This document shows positions 28,830 to 41,040 of a stretch of DNA of 64,000 nt, one piece after another (within the stretch, counting starts at the first letter, position 1; each line of letters begins with the position of its first letter). Below the pieces are notes generated by a model. That model ran no database searches and was not told where the DNA came from. It worked only from the letters and a program-made list of their open reading frames with translations. The position numbers were made by a program, and so were the translations under genes. The DNA is from the human T2T-CHM13v2.0 reference genome, Homo sapiens. The stretch is from assembly GCF_009914755.1 (NCBI RefSeq), contig NC_060931.1, one strand, 5' to 3'.

Positions 28830-28850
28830 CCCTAGAAGTGAAGTTGCCAT
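28830..28850 (-). CDS. SP8: SP8 coding exon 1 (MATSLLG)
   Basis: GTG-ATG-G strong Kozak context; ATGGCAACTTCACTTCTAGGG is followed by donor GTGAGT (28829-28824). Phase 0 matches the last exon and gives MATSLLGEEPRLG, the Sp8/Sp9-type N-terminus. Confidence 0.95.
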
Positions 28851-28919
28851 CACACAAAAGTGCCCTCCTCCTCTCAGAGGATCTTTTTTATATTGATAAA
28901 TCAGAGGCAGTGTTTTTTT

Positions 28920-29200
28920 TAGAGGTGTGCAATACAATGATCAGTTCCGCCCATTCCACCACAATTGTAGCTCCCTCTCCGGCTTTGAAGTGCCGCGGAG
29001 GCGCGGCCAGCCAATCTGCGGCCTCGCCGGGCCGCGCGGCGCGCGCGCCGTGAGGTCATCGGCGCCGCCGCCTGCCGCCGTGGTGGAAGGGGGAGTGGGA
29101 GCGGAGGGGGCGGGGGCGGCTGCGTGTGTTACAAAGCGCAAAGCGCGCGCTCGCGTGTATGAGTGTGTGTGTAACAATGTAACTGTGTGCGAGTGTGACC
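28920..29200 (-). promoter_or_regulatory. SP8 core/proximal promoter (CpG-rich)
   Basis: GC box 28947-28952, TCF site CTTTGAAG 28983-28990, CCAAT 29011-29015, dense CpG directly upstream of exon 1. Confidence 0.75.
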
Positions 29201-29917
29201 AGGCGTAGGAGAGGACAGTGCGGAGACTGGAGGGAGGGGGGATGGGGGTGTGACACCGTAACAGTGACAGTGTGGTAAAGGCGGGGAGTGGAGAGAGTGC
29301 AGAAAAGGGAGGGTTGTGTGATAAGATAACTGCGTGTGCGACAAAGCGGGGTAGAGGGACAGAGCAGTTAAGTGTTGGGAAGGGTGTGAGTGTACGGTAG
29401 TGTAACTGACAAACCTAGGGAGGGAAGAGGGACTCAACTGGGTGGGGGGTGAGTGTGTTTGGTGTTGGGGGAGAAGGAGGGCTGTGAACATGTGTATTTG
29501 TGCGACAGAGAAGAGGGAAGGGTGTGTGTGGGCGCTTGTGTTGTGTGCGCGCACCAAAGCTGGTAGTGGGGAATGGGAACAATGCAATAAAGTGTGTGTT
29601 TGTAAGAGAGAGACTGTCGAGCTGAAGAGAGAAACCGACTAAGTTGATGGAGGCTGAGTGAATAAATATTCACAAACGCTGCCCCTGTCGCCAACTTCCT
29701 TTGGCTCCTTGTACCTAAAATCTTGAGTGATTTTTTTTTCTTAACTTGGTAAACAGCGTCACTACATTTTTGAAGAAGATCTTTAAACCCACCTTTTCTT
29801 TCCCGGCTCTCCAACGAAATAGTAGAAAGGTTGAGAGGCTAAGGGTTATTTTTAGGGATGCGTTGGGACGTGGATGCGCGCCTGCGCGCCCATGAGTTGT
29901 TTCTTTGATGCCGTGGC

Positions 29918-29944
29918 TTTTTTTTTTTTTTTTTTTTTTTTTTT
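29918..29944 (+). repeat. T27 homopolymer
   Basis: Direct count; not attached to an Alu. Confidence 0.95.
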
Positions 29945-32129
29945 CCCTGAGGTGGAATTCTGCTTTAGAAGTGCACGTCTCACTCTAGGGGAGGAGGTGT
30001 GTGTGTCCCGTGGTGTTGAGTAAATTTCAATACAAAAGGATTAGATAGAGAAGAGAGTAAGCGAGGGTCGTTTTTTCTTTGGGTAAGAAATTGAAGAGCG
30101 TTTTACGGAATTTAGAAATTTTCACAGAAAACCTCACTGCCTCTTTCTGAGAAAAGAATCAGGACTTTGATCGAAATATATGGGTTCTATTTATCTAAGA
30201 ATAGAGAGGAGCTTTTGACAAATCTTGGACATTTATCCAGGCGTCAGTGTCTAATGGCGATTGGGCCAGAGATCTGTCTATGAGTGTGTGTGCATGTTAA
30301 TAGATACACTTAGTTCAAATTCGGTGGGGTTTAGTCATTTGCTTGCCATTTGTGTTATTAGTTGCCTTCAGAAATGCCATTACAATTTCACTGCCACCAC
30401 AAGGGAACTTAAACCGCAGAAAGCACAACACCAGTGTAGCAAAAAGTCCAGTCTTTGTAGCCCTATTGAATATTCATAAGTTATAAAAACAGTTCATATT
30501 TTTAACCAGTTACAAGTGCTCTCAGAAGTCTAATTTTAAAATGGAATTAACTAAAATGTGACTAGCTGGGCGAACTGTTTTGTTTTGACTGGGAAAACAT
30601 TTTTATTTTACTGTTGTGTTTGAACCCCCCTCAAGGATTTCACAGCTTCTAGGGATGTCAAAAAATCTTCCTAGGGTTTACAAAATTTCGAAGTCAAGTT
30701 GTATCGTGTAAATTTCATTGAGCAGAGTTGAAACTGATGTTTGTGGTGTGAGAGTGTACATTTCTGACCCTTTTTTAAACGCTGTGGGGATATTGACTGT
30801 ACATCATATCTATTGATTAAGGGGGTAAGGTATACTCTCATACTTTGAAGTAAGTGTGAAGTAAATTAATGAACTGCTTTCTTTCTCTGAGGGCTGACGC
30901 TTACCATAAATGTCGTGTTTCTCCCTGCAAGCCGCTCTGAATGATTTTAGCGTGTTGAGAAGGCGTGACAGGCCAGCCCAGAAGGAGGAAGGGGTGGGGG
31001 AAGGAGGGTACTCCGTTTAACAAATAAAAGAGAATTAACTTCATTGCTTTGGTCTCCTTCTTTAATGATATTCATTTTAAGGGCCTAATATACAGTTGTT
31101 CAGATTTGGGGTTTAATTCTAATCAATACCATCATCCTCAAAGGTGGAGAAAAACAGCTTTGAGGGGAGGCTCCCATCTATGAATAGTTATTTATTTTAT
31201 CTTTTTATCCTCCTATCTTCTGGAAGGAAGTGAGGCAGGACTATTAAAAAGTTAAATGCTGATACTGAGAGTAAACAGAGGCGTTAACACTGTTTCCTCA
31301 AAAATGCCAGGAATTAGAAAAACCCAGCGTCATGTGACTGCAGTTTTGAGCTACCTAATTCTAAGATTTTTCAAGTGTATAAATTAACTTTAGAATCATA
31401 TGTCATTCTTCCTATAAGTCACAACGTTGGTGTGGATTTAATGAAAATACTGGATTCTTCAGTTTGTGTAAGATTGGCTTGCAGCATTTGGGGATTTCCA
31501 CAAAGGTGTGTATGTGCAACTTTCTTCATTATATATATGTATATATATTTTTTATTAGAAATATATGTATATTCCACTTACTTTCATATAAAAAGTGAGC
31601 TATTTCTTTCATAGTAGCATTGGTCAAAGGGCATTTTTTTCTTGTACCACCCTTCTTTCACTCCCTCCCCAAAAGAAATGGCTAGTGTTTGTGACATGAG
31701 GCATAAGGCAGCTGTGTTAAAAAGAAAAGACAAAGAGAATTATATAATTGACCAAAAATTTTAGCAGTCATAATTTTGCATCTAAATATGCTTGAAACTA
31801 GACTTAATGACAGCTCTTTCTCCACTTTGGAGAAGTGACCCAATCATTCTTAAATCCTGTCCCATAGGAGAGAACATCTGTAATCCATTGTTGATATAGC
31901 CTGCCTGGCAAAGCATTTCAGGGTGCATACACTTCGGTTTAACTTTTACGATATTGATTATTACTCTTGAGTATTATATTGTGATAATATAGATGTTTGA
32001 AAAAGAGGGGGAAGAAAAATAGGAAGTACAGGCTTTCTAACATTAATTAAAAGTTTCTCCACCCCATATGAAGTTTAATGTGCTGGCAGGAAGAGGGGTA
32101 GATGGATATTCTGCTGTTTCTTGCAAACC

Positions 32130-32470
32130 TGTGGGATCCACTATCAATAAAGCTAAAATCTATTAGCATTCTGTATGCATCTGCAGCATAAATTTCATTT
32201 GAATTTCAAATTTAATAAACTAGGAGGTTTTTAATCATCCCTGGTTTTATTTGTTTGATATTAACATGCTTATTGACCGGGTCTGGTGACCAGTTTGATC
32301 ATTACAGGACAGCAAAAAGTTAATTAAAACGACCACAGCCCCTTAATCATATCATCTGTCTCATCCATGTCGCTCTCTTTATTACCGGTGATGATGGATA
32401 GTCTCCCAGATTAATTTCTCTGTTTCTTCGATTTGGACAACAGCTTTTGGGACCTAATTTACATCCTGGG
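32130..32470. promoter_or_regulatory. Candidate conserved developmental enhancer
   Basis: Unique sequence dense in TAAT/TTAATCAT/TTAATTAA homeodomain motifs inside the repeat-free domain. Confidence 0.6.
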
Positions 32471-32892
32471 AACAACTTGCTCAAGTATATCTAACACCTT
32501 GCAGCTACAATATACATCAACATCTCCTTAGATGGAACGGAGAAAGGAAGGTTTTTTGCAGGCAGGTTTGAAGACTAATCAATGCTCGGATCTGGAGGTC
32601 TTAGCTTTCACAACCAAAGAAACAGAAGGTCCTAAAAGCAAATTAGAGGCCTCAATTCCTGCTTTTCCTTTTGCGGGAGTAGGAAGTGAAAGATGCCTCT
32701 GCTGTTTGATTAATAGATTAAAATGTGTAGCTACAGCGACAAGTAAATAAAGTCATTTGTAACCATTAAGTACAATTAGGGATTTATAGTGGAAAACATC
32801 AAAGTTATCTAGGCTTTCAAGTGTCCGGCAGCTCATCTACACCAAATACGGTTTTTGAACTTGTTAAGTGTGGACCACTATAAACAGAGCGT

Positions 32893-32893
<1 letters not shown>

Positions 32894-32935
<42 letters not shown>

Positions 32936-32946
32936 AGAGAGAGAGA
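32894..32946 (+). repeat. A39 plus (GA)n tract
   Basis: Direct count; no retroelement body upstream. Confidence 0.95.
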
Positions 32947-32989
32947 AAATAAAAGGAAAGGAAAAAAGCCTAATGGTAAAAAATGCACA

Positions 32990-33360
32990 CAAACTGTAGC
33001 GCGTACCTCTGCAGGGTACGTTTAAACCCGGCTCTTAGCATCTCGGTTTCTAGAGCGTTGGCAGGGACATGCAGCTCTGGAAGCTGACCGGCGGGTGCCC
33101 GCGGGAGACAGAGCGAACGCAGTGCTGGCACTGCGTCCCTGGCCTGCGCCTCTCCCAGAATGGGAAGACGACCCCCAACCCCTTGACTAGTGTGCGGGGT
33201 CCTCGCACGCGGACGTGTTGGCTACTAAATAAAGCGTGAAGAGGGATCGCTGGGTAGCTGAGCGCCGCCGGCGGCCGCCGGGAGCAGCGAGCTGAGCCAG
33301 GTTGGGTGGGGGTGTTTCCTCGTCGAGAGCTCTCTGGTCAAAGTTTCCTTCCCGCTGGAA
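32990..33360. promoter_or_regulatory. Small CpG island upstream of SP8
   Basis: CpG-rich block bounded by an A39 run and an A-rich AAAAC tract. Confidence 0.7.
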
Positions 33361-35399
33361 AACAAAAACAAAAACAAAAAACAAACCAAAACCAAAACAA
33401 ACAAAAAAAAAAAACCTGGCTAGGCGTGGACCTGTGAATTCCTGAGGGGTGCCCCTTAGCAGTCCATTTCTCTTTCGTGTGGTTTTACTAAGAAGTTACC
33501 TAACATTTCCTGGGAAGAGAGGTAATACAAGCCCCTCGCTGGTGGCAGATTGTTGAGCCGTAGGTGGGAAGAGATCAGTCGGCCAGAGCCCAGAGAGGGC
33601 TGTATTTTCCTGATTGGAAAATGGGAACTTCCACGCTGAACAATAGCCTCTATTAGTGAGGTTATTTGGTTCCAAACTGTCCGGCCACATTTATAGCCGA
33701 GTCCTTACTTTTCTGGTAGTGCTTAATTGGATGCATTTGTTGACCACAACGAAGCAATAGTGACTCTTGATCTACTGGCACAGGAGCTTCTTGGTGATGA
33801 AAAGCGTTGCCTTGATGACTGTAAATAAATGAGACCACTTGAGAGAGCATTTCCTATTTTTTTCTTGACTTGATATTTTTCTTCCATTCTCCTTAATATT
33901 TACTTTTTCTTCTCTGCCACTTCAAAATGTTCAAAAGTTAGGGACACTTTAATTAAAAGAGATTTACTTATCTGACTTAGCATATTACCAGCTTTGATTT
34001 ATTTTAGCTGGGATATTCAAATTGCATAGTTAGAAGACAAGCGGGACTTTCCCCATGTATCAAACAATCATCTTAGTAGTAGGTAAGTTCATAGATAGGA
34101 AAAGTATAAAGATATTTACCAAAATTGATGTTCAAAATCTCCATCTCTGTGTACAGCCTGTATTAAAGGAAGAAAACAAAACACCTTTCCCTATTTATTG
34201 TCAACACACATAATGTTCATATCTTCATGCTATGTTAATGTGGCCTCGTGCTACTTCTACATTCAGGCTTGCACTCTACAGTACTTTTTATATTCATCTC
34301 TGCCAGCCCATGGATAAAATTGATAATTAATTCTACAGCACTTTGTATTTCTCCTTCATCATATAAATGAAGGAAACACATGTAGGGAAAAGAGTTTGCT
34401 CATTTAGTGTGAATGGTGTGTGTTTGTGTGTGACTGTCGTTCAAGGCAAGAGAGCAAAAGAGAAGCTTAGACATTCAGATGAGTGTGTCTCTGATTTTTT
34501 TCCTAGAATGGATTTGTTTCTGTTATTTTCTCTTTTGGTATTATATATCACTTTCTTACAGCTAACATGCAGAGTTAAAAACTACTAAATGCTTATCCTC
34601 AACACTATTGATTTCTTTTCATTCTGTTCTGTTAGTAGAGGAGGTAATGCTCCCAGATTACCCCGGGGTCTCCTCCAGACGGTTGACAATTGCAATCGCA
34701 GTTTTGGGAAGATAAATGTTACTCTGGGAATTGTGTTTAATTACAAATAATCTAGGAGCTGCTCCAGGTCTCTGGGTTTAACCACACATGTGTTCAAATC
34801 ACTGTATAAGGTTTACAAATGTGTGATATTTGTGAAAGGGGATACAATTCACTTTCTAAAACCAGGGGACAAACTAGCATGCTCCCACTTTGGGTTTGTC
34901 AACAGATTCTTAGAGATAACACTACCCAAAATAACACCAATGACCAGAAAGTGTGGCGTCTTCGAGCACTTGAAAGCCTAAAAAATTGTTCATTGGAGTT
35001 TACTTTCAGGTCAGTTTTATTAAAATGAAAATCTGAAAATTAGCCATGCTTTCTTGAGTTCTCAAAGTCTCTTGCACAAGTCCATTTGTGTAGAGAATAT
35101 TTTTGAGTCTACATAAGTTTTTTTTAATTTTATTTTATTTTGACAGAAGTTTTGTGGATGTCCCCTGAAATAGCTCAATGGTTAATTTTTACTGTTCCTC
35201 TTGTAACTCAGCTGCTACCTTTGTGTGTGTGTGATTCTTTGCTTATATGGCAGCTCAATTAGTGTTGTTTGTGTGTGTGTGCTCGGTTTTTTCTAATAGT
35301 CTTATTAACAAGAAAAAAGGTGGCGAACAGGTTATTCTCTTAACCTGACCTGGCTCTAAGAGTAAGATGAGCAGCACTGAACAGATGTCCCCATTTAAG

Positions 35400-36120
35400 C
35401 CGTTCTTTTCCCACATGCCTGCTGGATATTGCAGGCGCGCAGGAAGCTCGCTTCAAACCTGGCCCATTTCAGGCCATAATGGCCACGTTATTTCGGCCCA
35501 GTGAACACGAACAAAATCGCGTGCTTTAGAATCATTCGACTCTGAGTCCAGGAAAAGCAGGGGGTGTGGTGGCAGTGGGGGTGGCTAGGGAGGGGTGTAT
35601 ATGAGTGGGGGAGCCGATTTCATCTCGGATCGCAGGAAGAGAACTTGCTCAAAAGAATTTTTCCCCAGCAAAAGTGGTATAATTTACAGCGCAACTTAAT
35701 AATCCGAGGGGCAATGCAAAAGCCCTTTGCGTTGTAAACCGCTTCTAATTACCTGCCAGAGCAATTAGCTGACTATCACGAAGAAATTAGATCGCTCAAT
35801 GTAGCATAAATAATGCGAATAATTTTGTAAGAAGAATGGAAAGCGAGACCTGGTGTTTCTTTATAAGGAAATAACACCTCGTACTGTAAGAGCCCTCCAT
35901 GAACACATATTAATGTCTAGGCATGCATGGCAATGAGTCCGAGCAGGAGCCCTCTGGCTGCGGTTCAGCACTTTTTCCGTTTACGTATGCGGGGTGAAAG
36001 TCGGCTTCCAGGCGTTCGATCTCCAGCCTTCCAGCTCACAGTAATTAACACATAGCGACTTCAATGGGAAAACCTGTTTTCCAGATGATTTTTACAATGC
36101 AGCTTTATGTCTCATTTGGC
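35400..36120. promoter_or_regulatory. Candidate conserved enhancer
   Basis: CpG-retaining unique block with clustered TAATCC, TAATTA and CAATTA sites at 35680-35830. Confidence 0.6.
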
Positions 36121-36672
36121 AGTTTAAATAGCTGGAGTTGTTTTCTGGCTTCATCTCTACTATCATCTGTTGAGCATATTTTGCTTAGAATATTGAATCC
36201 CAACCAAAATTTGGGTGCAGGCTTTTGCTGACTTTTATTTTCTTAAGAAGTGGGGATATCAGGAGCCATTTTGAAGGATACTAGAGCAAAGAATTCTTGT
36301 GAGGACCTGCTAGTGCCAGCAGATATTTGAGTTCCTGAATGCGTTTACAAAGTACATTGGGATATTTTTGTGTATGCTTCACTTTAACTTTTTTATTTAA
36401 AATCTACCTTAATTATATTTTCTAACTAACTCACTTCTCTTGAGTGATTGTGCCCTATACGGGGGTTCAGATGGTGAGTTCTCATATTTCTTAGCAAAGA
36501 AAAATAAAAGTAAAGCTGCAATCTAATTTGGGAGGAAAGCTGAAGGTGCATTTAGGTGTCTGAAAGCAGTATAAGCTCTTTGAAATTTACTTGGTTTGTA
36601 AATTACAAGTGCGAAAACAACTTCCAAAGATGTTTGGAAAAAGAATATATGCACCGACACCTATATAGACAG

Positions 36673-36704
36673 ACACACACACACATACACACACACACAC
36701 ACAC
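36673..36704 (+). repeat. (CA)n microsatellite
   Basis: Interrupted CA repeat ending in CACGTG. Confidence 0.9.
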
Positions 36705-37187
36705 GTGAAGTTGTCGCCTGCCCACAACTCCACCGCTTTCCTGTGCCGCCCAAGGGAAATGGGTCTCTCTTGAGCCCGTCTTTCTCTAGTAAACGAGGTG
36801 GGTCATACGTCTATGTCAAATTGAATCAGCCAGGACAGCTTCCGTGGTAATTAAACTGGACGTCTGTATTGGTCACAGCAAAGGGTGCCTTGTGAATTCA
36901 GGTTTTACTTGGTGCATCACAACTGTCAGGGTGAATCCCGCCCCCCACAGAGGTCTGAGTCATGGGTTGCCACTCTCCCACCACCCCTGCCAGCTCATCC
37001 CTACCCATCGAAAGCTTTGGCCCCGCTCATTTTTGAAACATTTTTCACGACTGAGTTCAGGGGTTTTGCAGGACTTCACAAAGATCTTGTCCCAGTGGGC
37101 CGCACATTCGCAGTTTTCTCCTGCTAAGAAAACATCGACGGTTTTGCTGCTGACTGGAGAGTTCTAGATGAAAACTGAAGGAACCCT

Positions 37188-37503
<316 letters not shown>

Positions 37504-39279
37504 AACCCGAATTATTTATTTCATCAACCTTGGCTACAAATGGGTTTACTCCTGCTTATGGTGTCAAGTCCATGCAGCCCCTCACCCCCTTTAAATAGAG
37601 AGGCATTGGCCGCCTTAGGCTCCCCCTGCCCTGAGTTTAGGGCTGTTGAGTGTAGGCCTACAGGGAGGGGGACCCACTGAGGAGAAACCGGCTCCACTTT
37701 AGAAGGTGCTGGAAATAAAATATCCGTATCAACTGTCGGAAACTTGGTTTGATGCGCTAATCACTCGGTTCAAGGGTGTCTACATTATTAGGTGCCAAGT
37801 CCCCACTTCCAATCCCAGACAGAAACACCCTTCTAGATGGAACAGAGGGCATGTTTTTATTTAAGACTTGATGAGTACCAACTCTTGTTCTGAGCAGAGG
37901 TTATTTTTTAAGAGGAAATAAGATCTTGATTCCTGCTTATGAATTCTGGAAAAGTAATAAAGGTTGTTCAGATAATTTTCCACAAGATCTTCATCCGAAC
38001 CTTCCCACTTGCTGAATTTTTTTTCCCTGCAGCTTAATTTCCCCTAAACACTTTGCATCGCTCCCTCCCCCCACCATGGCCCTGAAGATTCTCCATCTTA
38101 AATAACAAGGACCCTGCTGGCTACTAAAGGAGGCTGCCCATTTTAATTCAAAACAAGGGCCACGAGTGCTGGTCTTAGAAAGAGCCGAGGAGTGAAGATC
38201 AACCTTTTTTTCTCTTGGAGTGCTTGCACTTAACCCTCAATCGCCAATATAGTACCTCTTTCTCTCTCCTTTATTAAAATATTTCTTTCATTCTTTTCTT
38301 TTTGGGGGGGAGGGGGCAAGATTTCTTAAGGTAAAAGAAATAAGCTGAACAGATTGATTATTGTTATGTCTGTAATTGCTCTAAAAACATTTTTCAGTGG
38401 GGCCTCATAGGGCAAACATATTGGTCTTTGATCAACACTGAAGAAAGCAAACATTGGAAAACCAAAACCCACTACTTTGGAGTCTACACTTGGCATTTAC
38501 AGCCCTGAAATGGAATGCCCTTTACCTTCAAAAGGGCAGCTATTAACGACAGAAAGTTCTTGAGTTTTTCTGTAGATAGTGCTTCAGTAGTTTTCTAGTA
38601 GTATTCTAACCTAGGCATAACTTCCTCTCTTCTGAAACTGGGGAAACCCATTTGCAAAGTGAAACGATTTGACTAGTAATACCCAATGTCAGTTTATTTG
38701 AAACTATAGCTAAAAAGGGAAAAACTAATAAATCCACTTTGATTATTTTTCTGCTTAGTTTCAAGACGTCCTCTAAGCCTAGATAACGAAAGTGATTTCA
38801 AAAATTTTGACATACTTAACCAAATGAAACTAATAGGTGCGCAGCAAATTAGTACGAGCCATAGTCAAACCAAAAGAGGATCTTTTTTACTAGAAGAAAC
38901 TTGCACTATTGATTTTATTGACTGACTCGATTTCAGTGTTTTAATCAACTTTAACAAATTTAACTGAAAACAGGGTAATTGATATATAGAATTTAAAACT
39001 TCAAAAATAAGCCGCAGATATTCATAAATATTTTTTATTAGGTGATTTGCTGTTGATTTACCATTTAAGTAAAAAAAACTATTCTTTTTTCTAACTTAAG
39101 CTACGGTGATCTGAATTTCCTTCCCTTTAGCTTCCTCAGTCAAGATTTGGGAACAGAAATTCCAAAATGCTTAGAAATGGGTGGGAAGATTGTAGGTTTA
39201 GAAGTCTGAGGAAGGAAATTACAAGCCGATGCTGATTGACTTTTGAAAGGCCTGGCACGTCCCAGTCTATATAATAACT

Positions 39280-40810
39280 CAGTTGGAGGAAGAACCTCGA
39301 GGACCGAGTGTCTCCAGATCACTTAATGCATCGGCATCCACCACGCTCGGCTCATGGGCAGGGCCCCCGAGGCTGCCACCAACCCACGGAGCCTTGAGGA
39401 GCTGCGCTTCCCCGCGATGGTCCAACGAACTTCGGAAGTGCTCCTGCTTCCGGTTTCACGTATACCTGGGATGCGTTGCCATACAGGTTTGTCCCGTTTT
39501 AATGCTTTGACCCATCTAAGATACGAGGACAGGAGACTGGAGAAGTAAACGAAAGGCAATGGCCGAGGGGTAAGGCGGGGAACACAGCAGGAAAAGGACA
39601 GGTTCCCCTTCACCTTCACCCCCAGTGTTGGCAACGTCCCAGGGATTCTCGGAGCTGAAGCTTCTTCAGAAAACAGTCAGCTTAATTAAGATCCTGCCCT
39701 TGGGGAATCTAGAATAAATGGCGAGTAGTGGGCAGCTTTCCCCACCAGTCGCAGGATCTAAAAGCAATGAGTGACGGTTGTCTGTGCAGCAGTCAGAGGG
39801 AAGAGCGACAGTTCCAGACGAGGGGCAGTCGGACTTCTCCGCAGCCTACCGCCAGCTTGGAGTGCAGATCTCCACCGACTGCGCCACAGACAGTCTCAGT
39901 CCCCAGCAGTCACAATATTTGCACTCCCCTTTCTTCCTGGCCTTTCAACCCCTCCCTTTCCTTCCTCCTCACCCCTCCCACCCCGCACCCGAGAGACAGC
40001 CTGCCGTCCCAGGTCCAGCCCGCGCCTCTGCGCACCTCCCGGCACCCGGCGCAGGTCGCCGGCCAGGGCACACACGCGTCCCCGCCTGCTCGCCGGCCCG
40101 CAAGGCCCGGGCTGCGGCGGCCGCGGGCGCGGGAGGCGGAGGCGCAGGCGCCGGGCTCCGTGGCAGCCCGGCCCAGCCCCGCCCCGCCCCACCCTCCGGC
40201 CCTCCCCTCCGCTTAGCCGTGCTCTCCCGCCGAGCTCCGCCGCCAGCTCCGTGCTCTGCCCGGCCCGTACGCCGCTCGCCACCGCGGCTCCCCGGGCGGG
40301 AAGGCTGCGCCGGCTCCCGCCAAGGGGGAGGCGCCACCCCGCCCCGGGGCGGTTGTCTTGCTGGGACTCCTGGGCCGGTCACAAAGCCCCTCTCCGCTGA
40401 CCCGGAGGGACGGGAGTCGGGTGCGCGACGGCGGCTCCCCACCCCTGCACTCAGCCGCCCGCCCCGCTCCTCCTCCTTCCCTCCCTGTCCCTCCTCCTCT
40501 CCCACCCCCCGAGGGCTCGCACACCCCGCGGGCGGGAAGGTGCCGCCCTCGGGGCGGACAAAGGGGCAGGCCGGGCGGGAGGGGCTGTAGCCGGCACGCG
40601 CGGCCGCGGGAGGGGCCCGCCTCGCCCCGGGCCGCCGACCTGACACCTGCTGGGCAGCCTGCGCGGCCTGGGGCGAAGGCCAGCGGGCGGCGGGGTGGGA
40701 AGCGCCAGCGCAGGGGCGTGTGTTCGGGAGGGGGTCGCGGACAGGTCAGGCGGCTTGGGACCCACCCCACCCGGGCAATAGTGACCTACTGCTTCGCTAG
40801 CGTCCCCTTT
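39280..40810. promoter_or_regulatory. Large upstream CpG island (promoter-like)
   Basis: Extreme GC at 39960-40780, tandem GC/CACCC boxes at 40177-40195, paired ETS sites at 39433-39454. Confidence 0.85.
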
Positions 40811-40864
40811 CAGGTCTTAACTGGACTTTAAAGATCTTTTAGAAAATTTATATTCTCGTTTTTA

Positions 40865-41040
40865 TGTCAGCGACTATACATCAGAATCACGCAAAGGGCT
40901 AGTTAAAACGCAGATGGCTGGGCTCGTCCGCAGAGTTTCTGCTTCAGTAGGACTGCGGTGGGGCCCAGTCATTTGTATTCCTAAATTCTCAGGTGACGCT
41001 CATGCTGCTGAACCGGGTACCACACTAGGAGAATCACTGC
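40865..41040. mobile_element. MER5A hAT element
   Basis: CATCAGAATCAC...CAGAGTTTCTG.TTCAGTAGG...GGTACCACAC...GAGAATCACTGC. Confidence 0.75.

Noticed and set aside
28886-28892. TATAAAA about 40 bp upstream of the SP8 ATG
   Set aside because: Probably within the 5'UTR; the promoter elements sit further upstream.
28919-28954. 11-codon uORF MGGTDHCIAHL upstream of SP8
   Set aside because: Its ATG overlaps the promoter GC box and may lie upstream of the TSS; cannot be supported without CAGE data.
39728-40831. Overlapping 100-270 aa ORFs on both strands
   Set aside because: CpG-island artefacts: open in nearly all frames, no recognisable domain.
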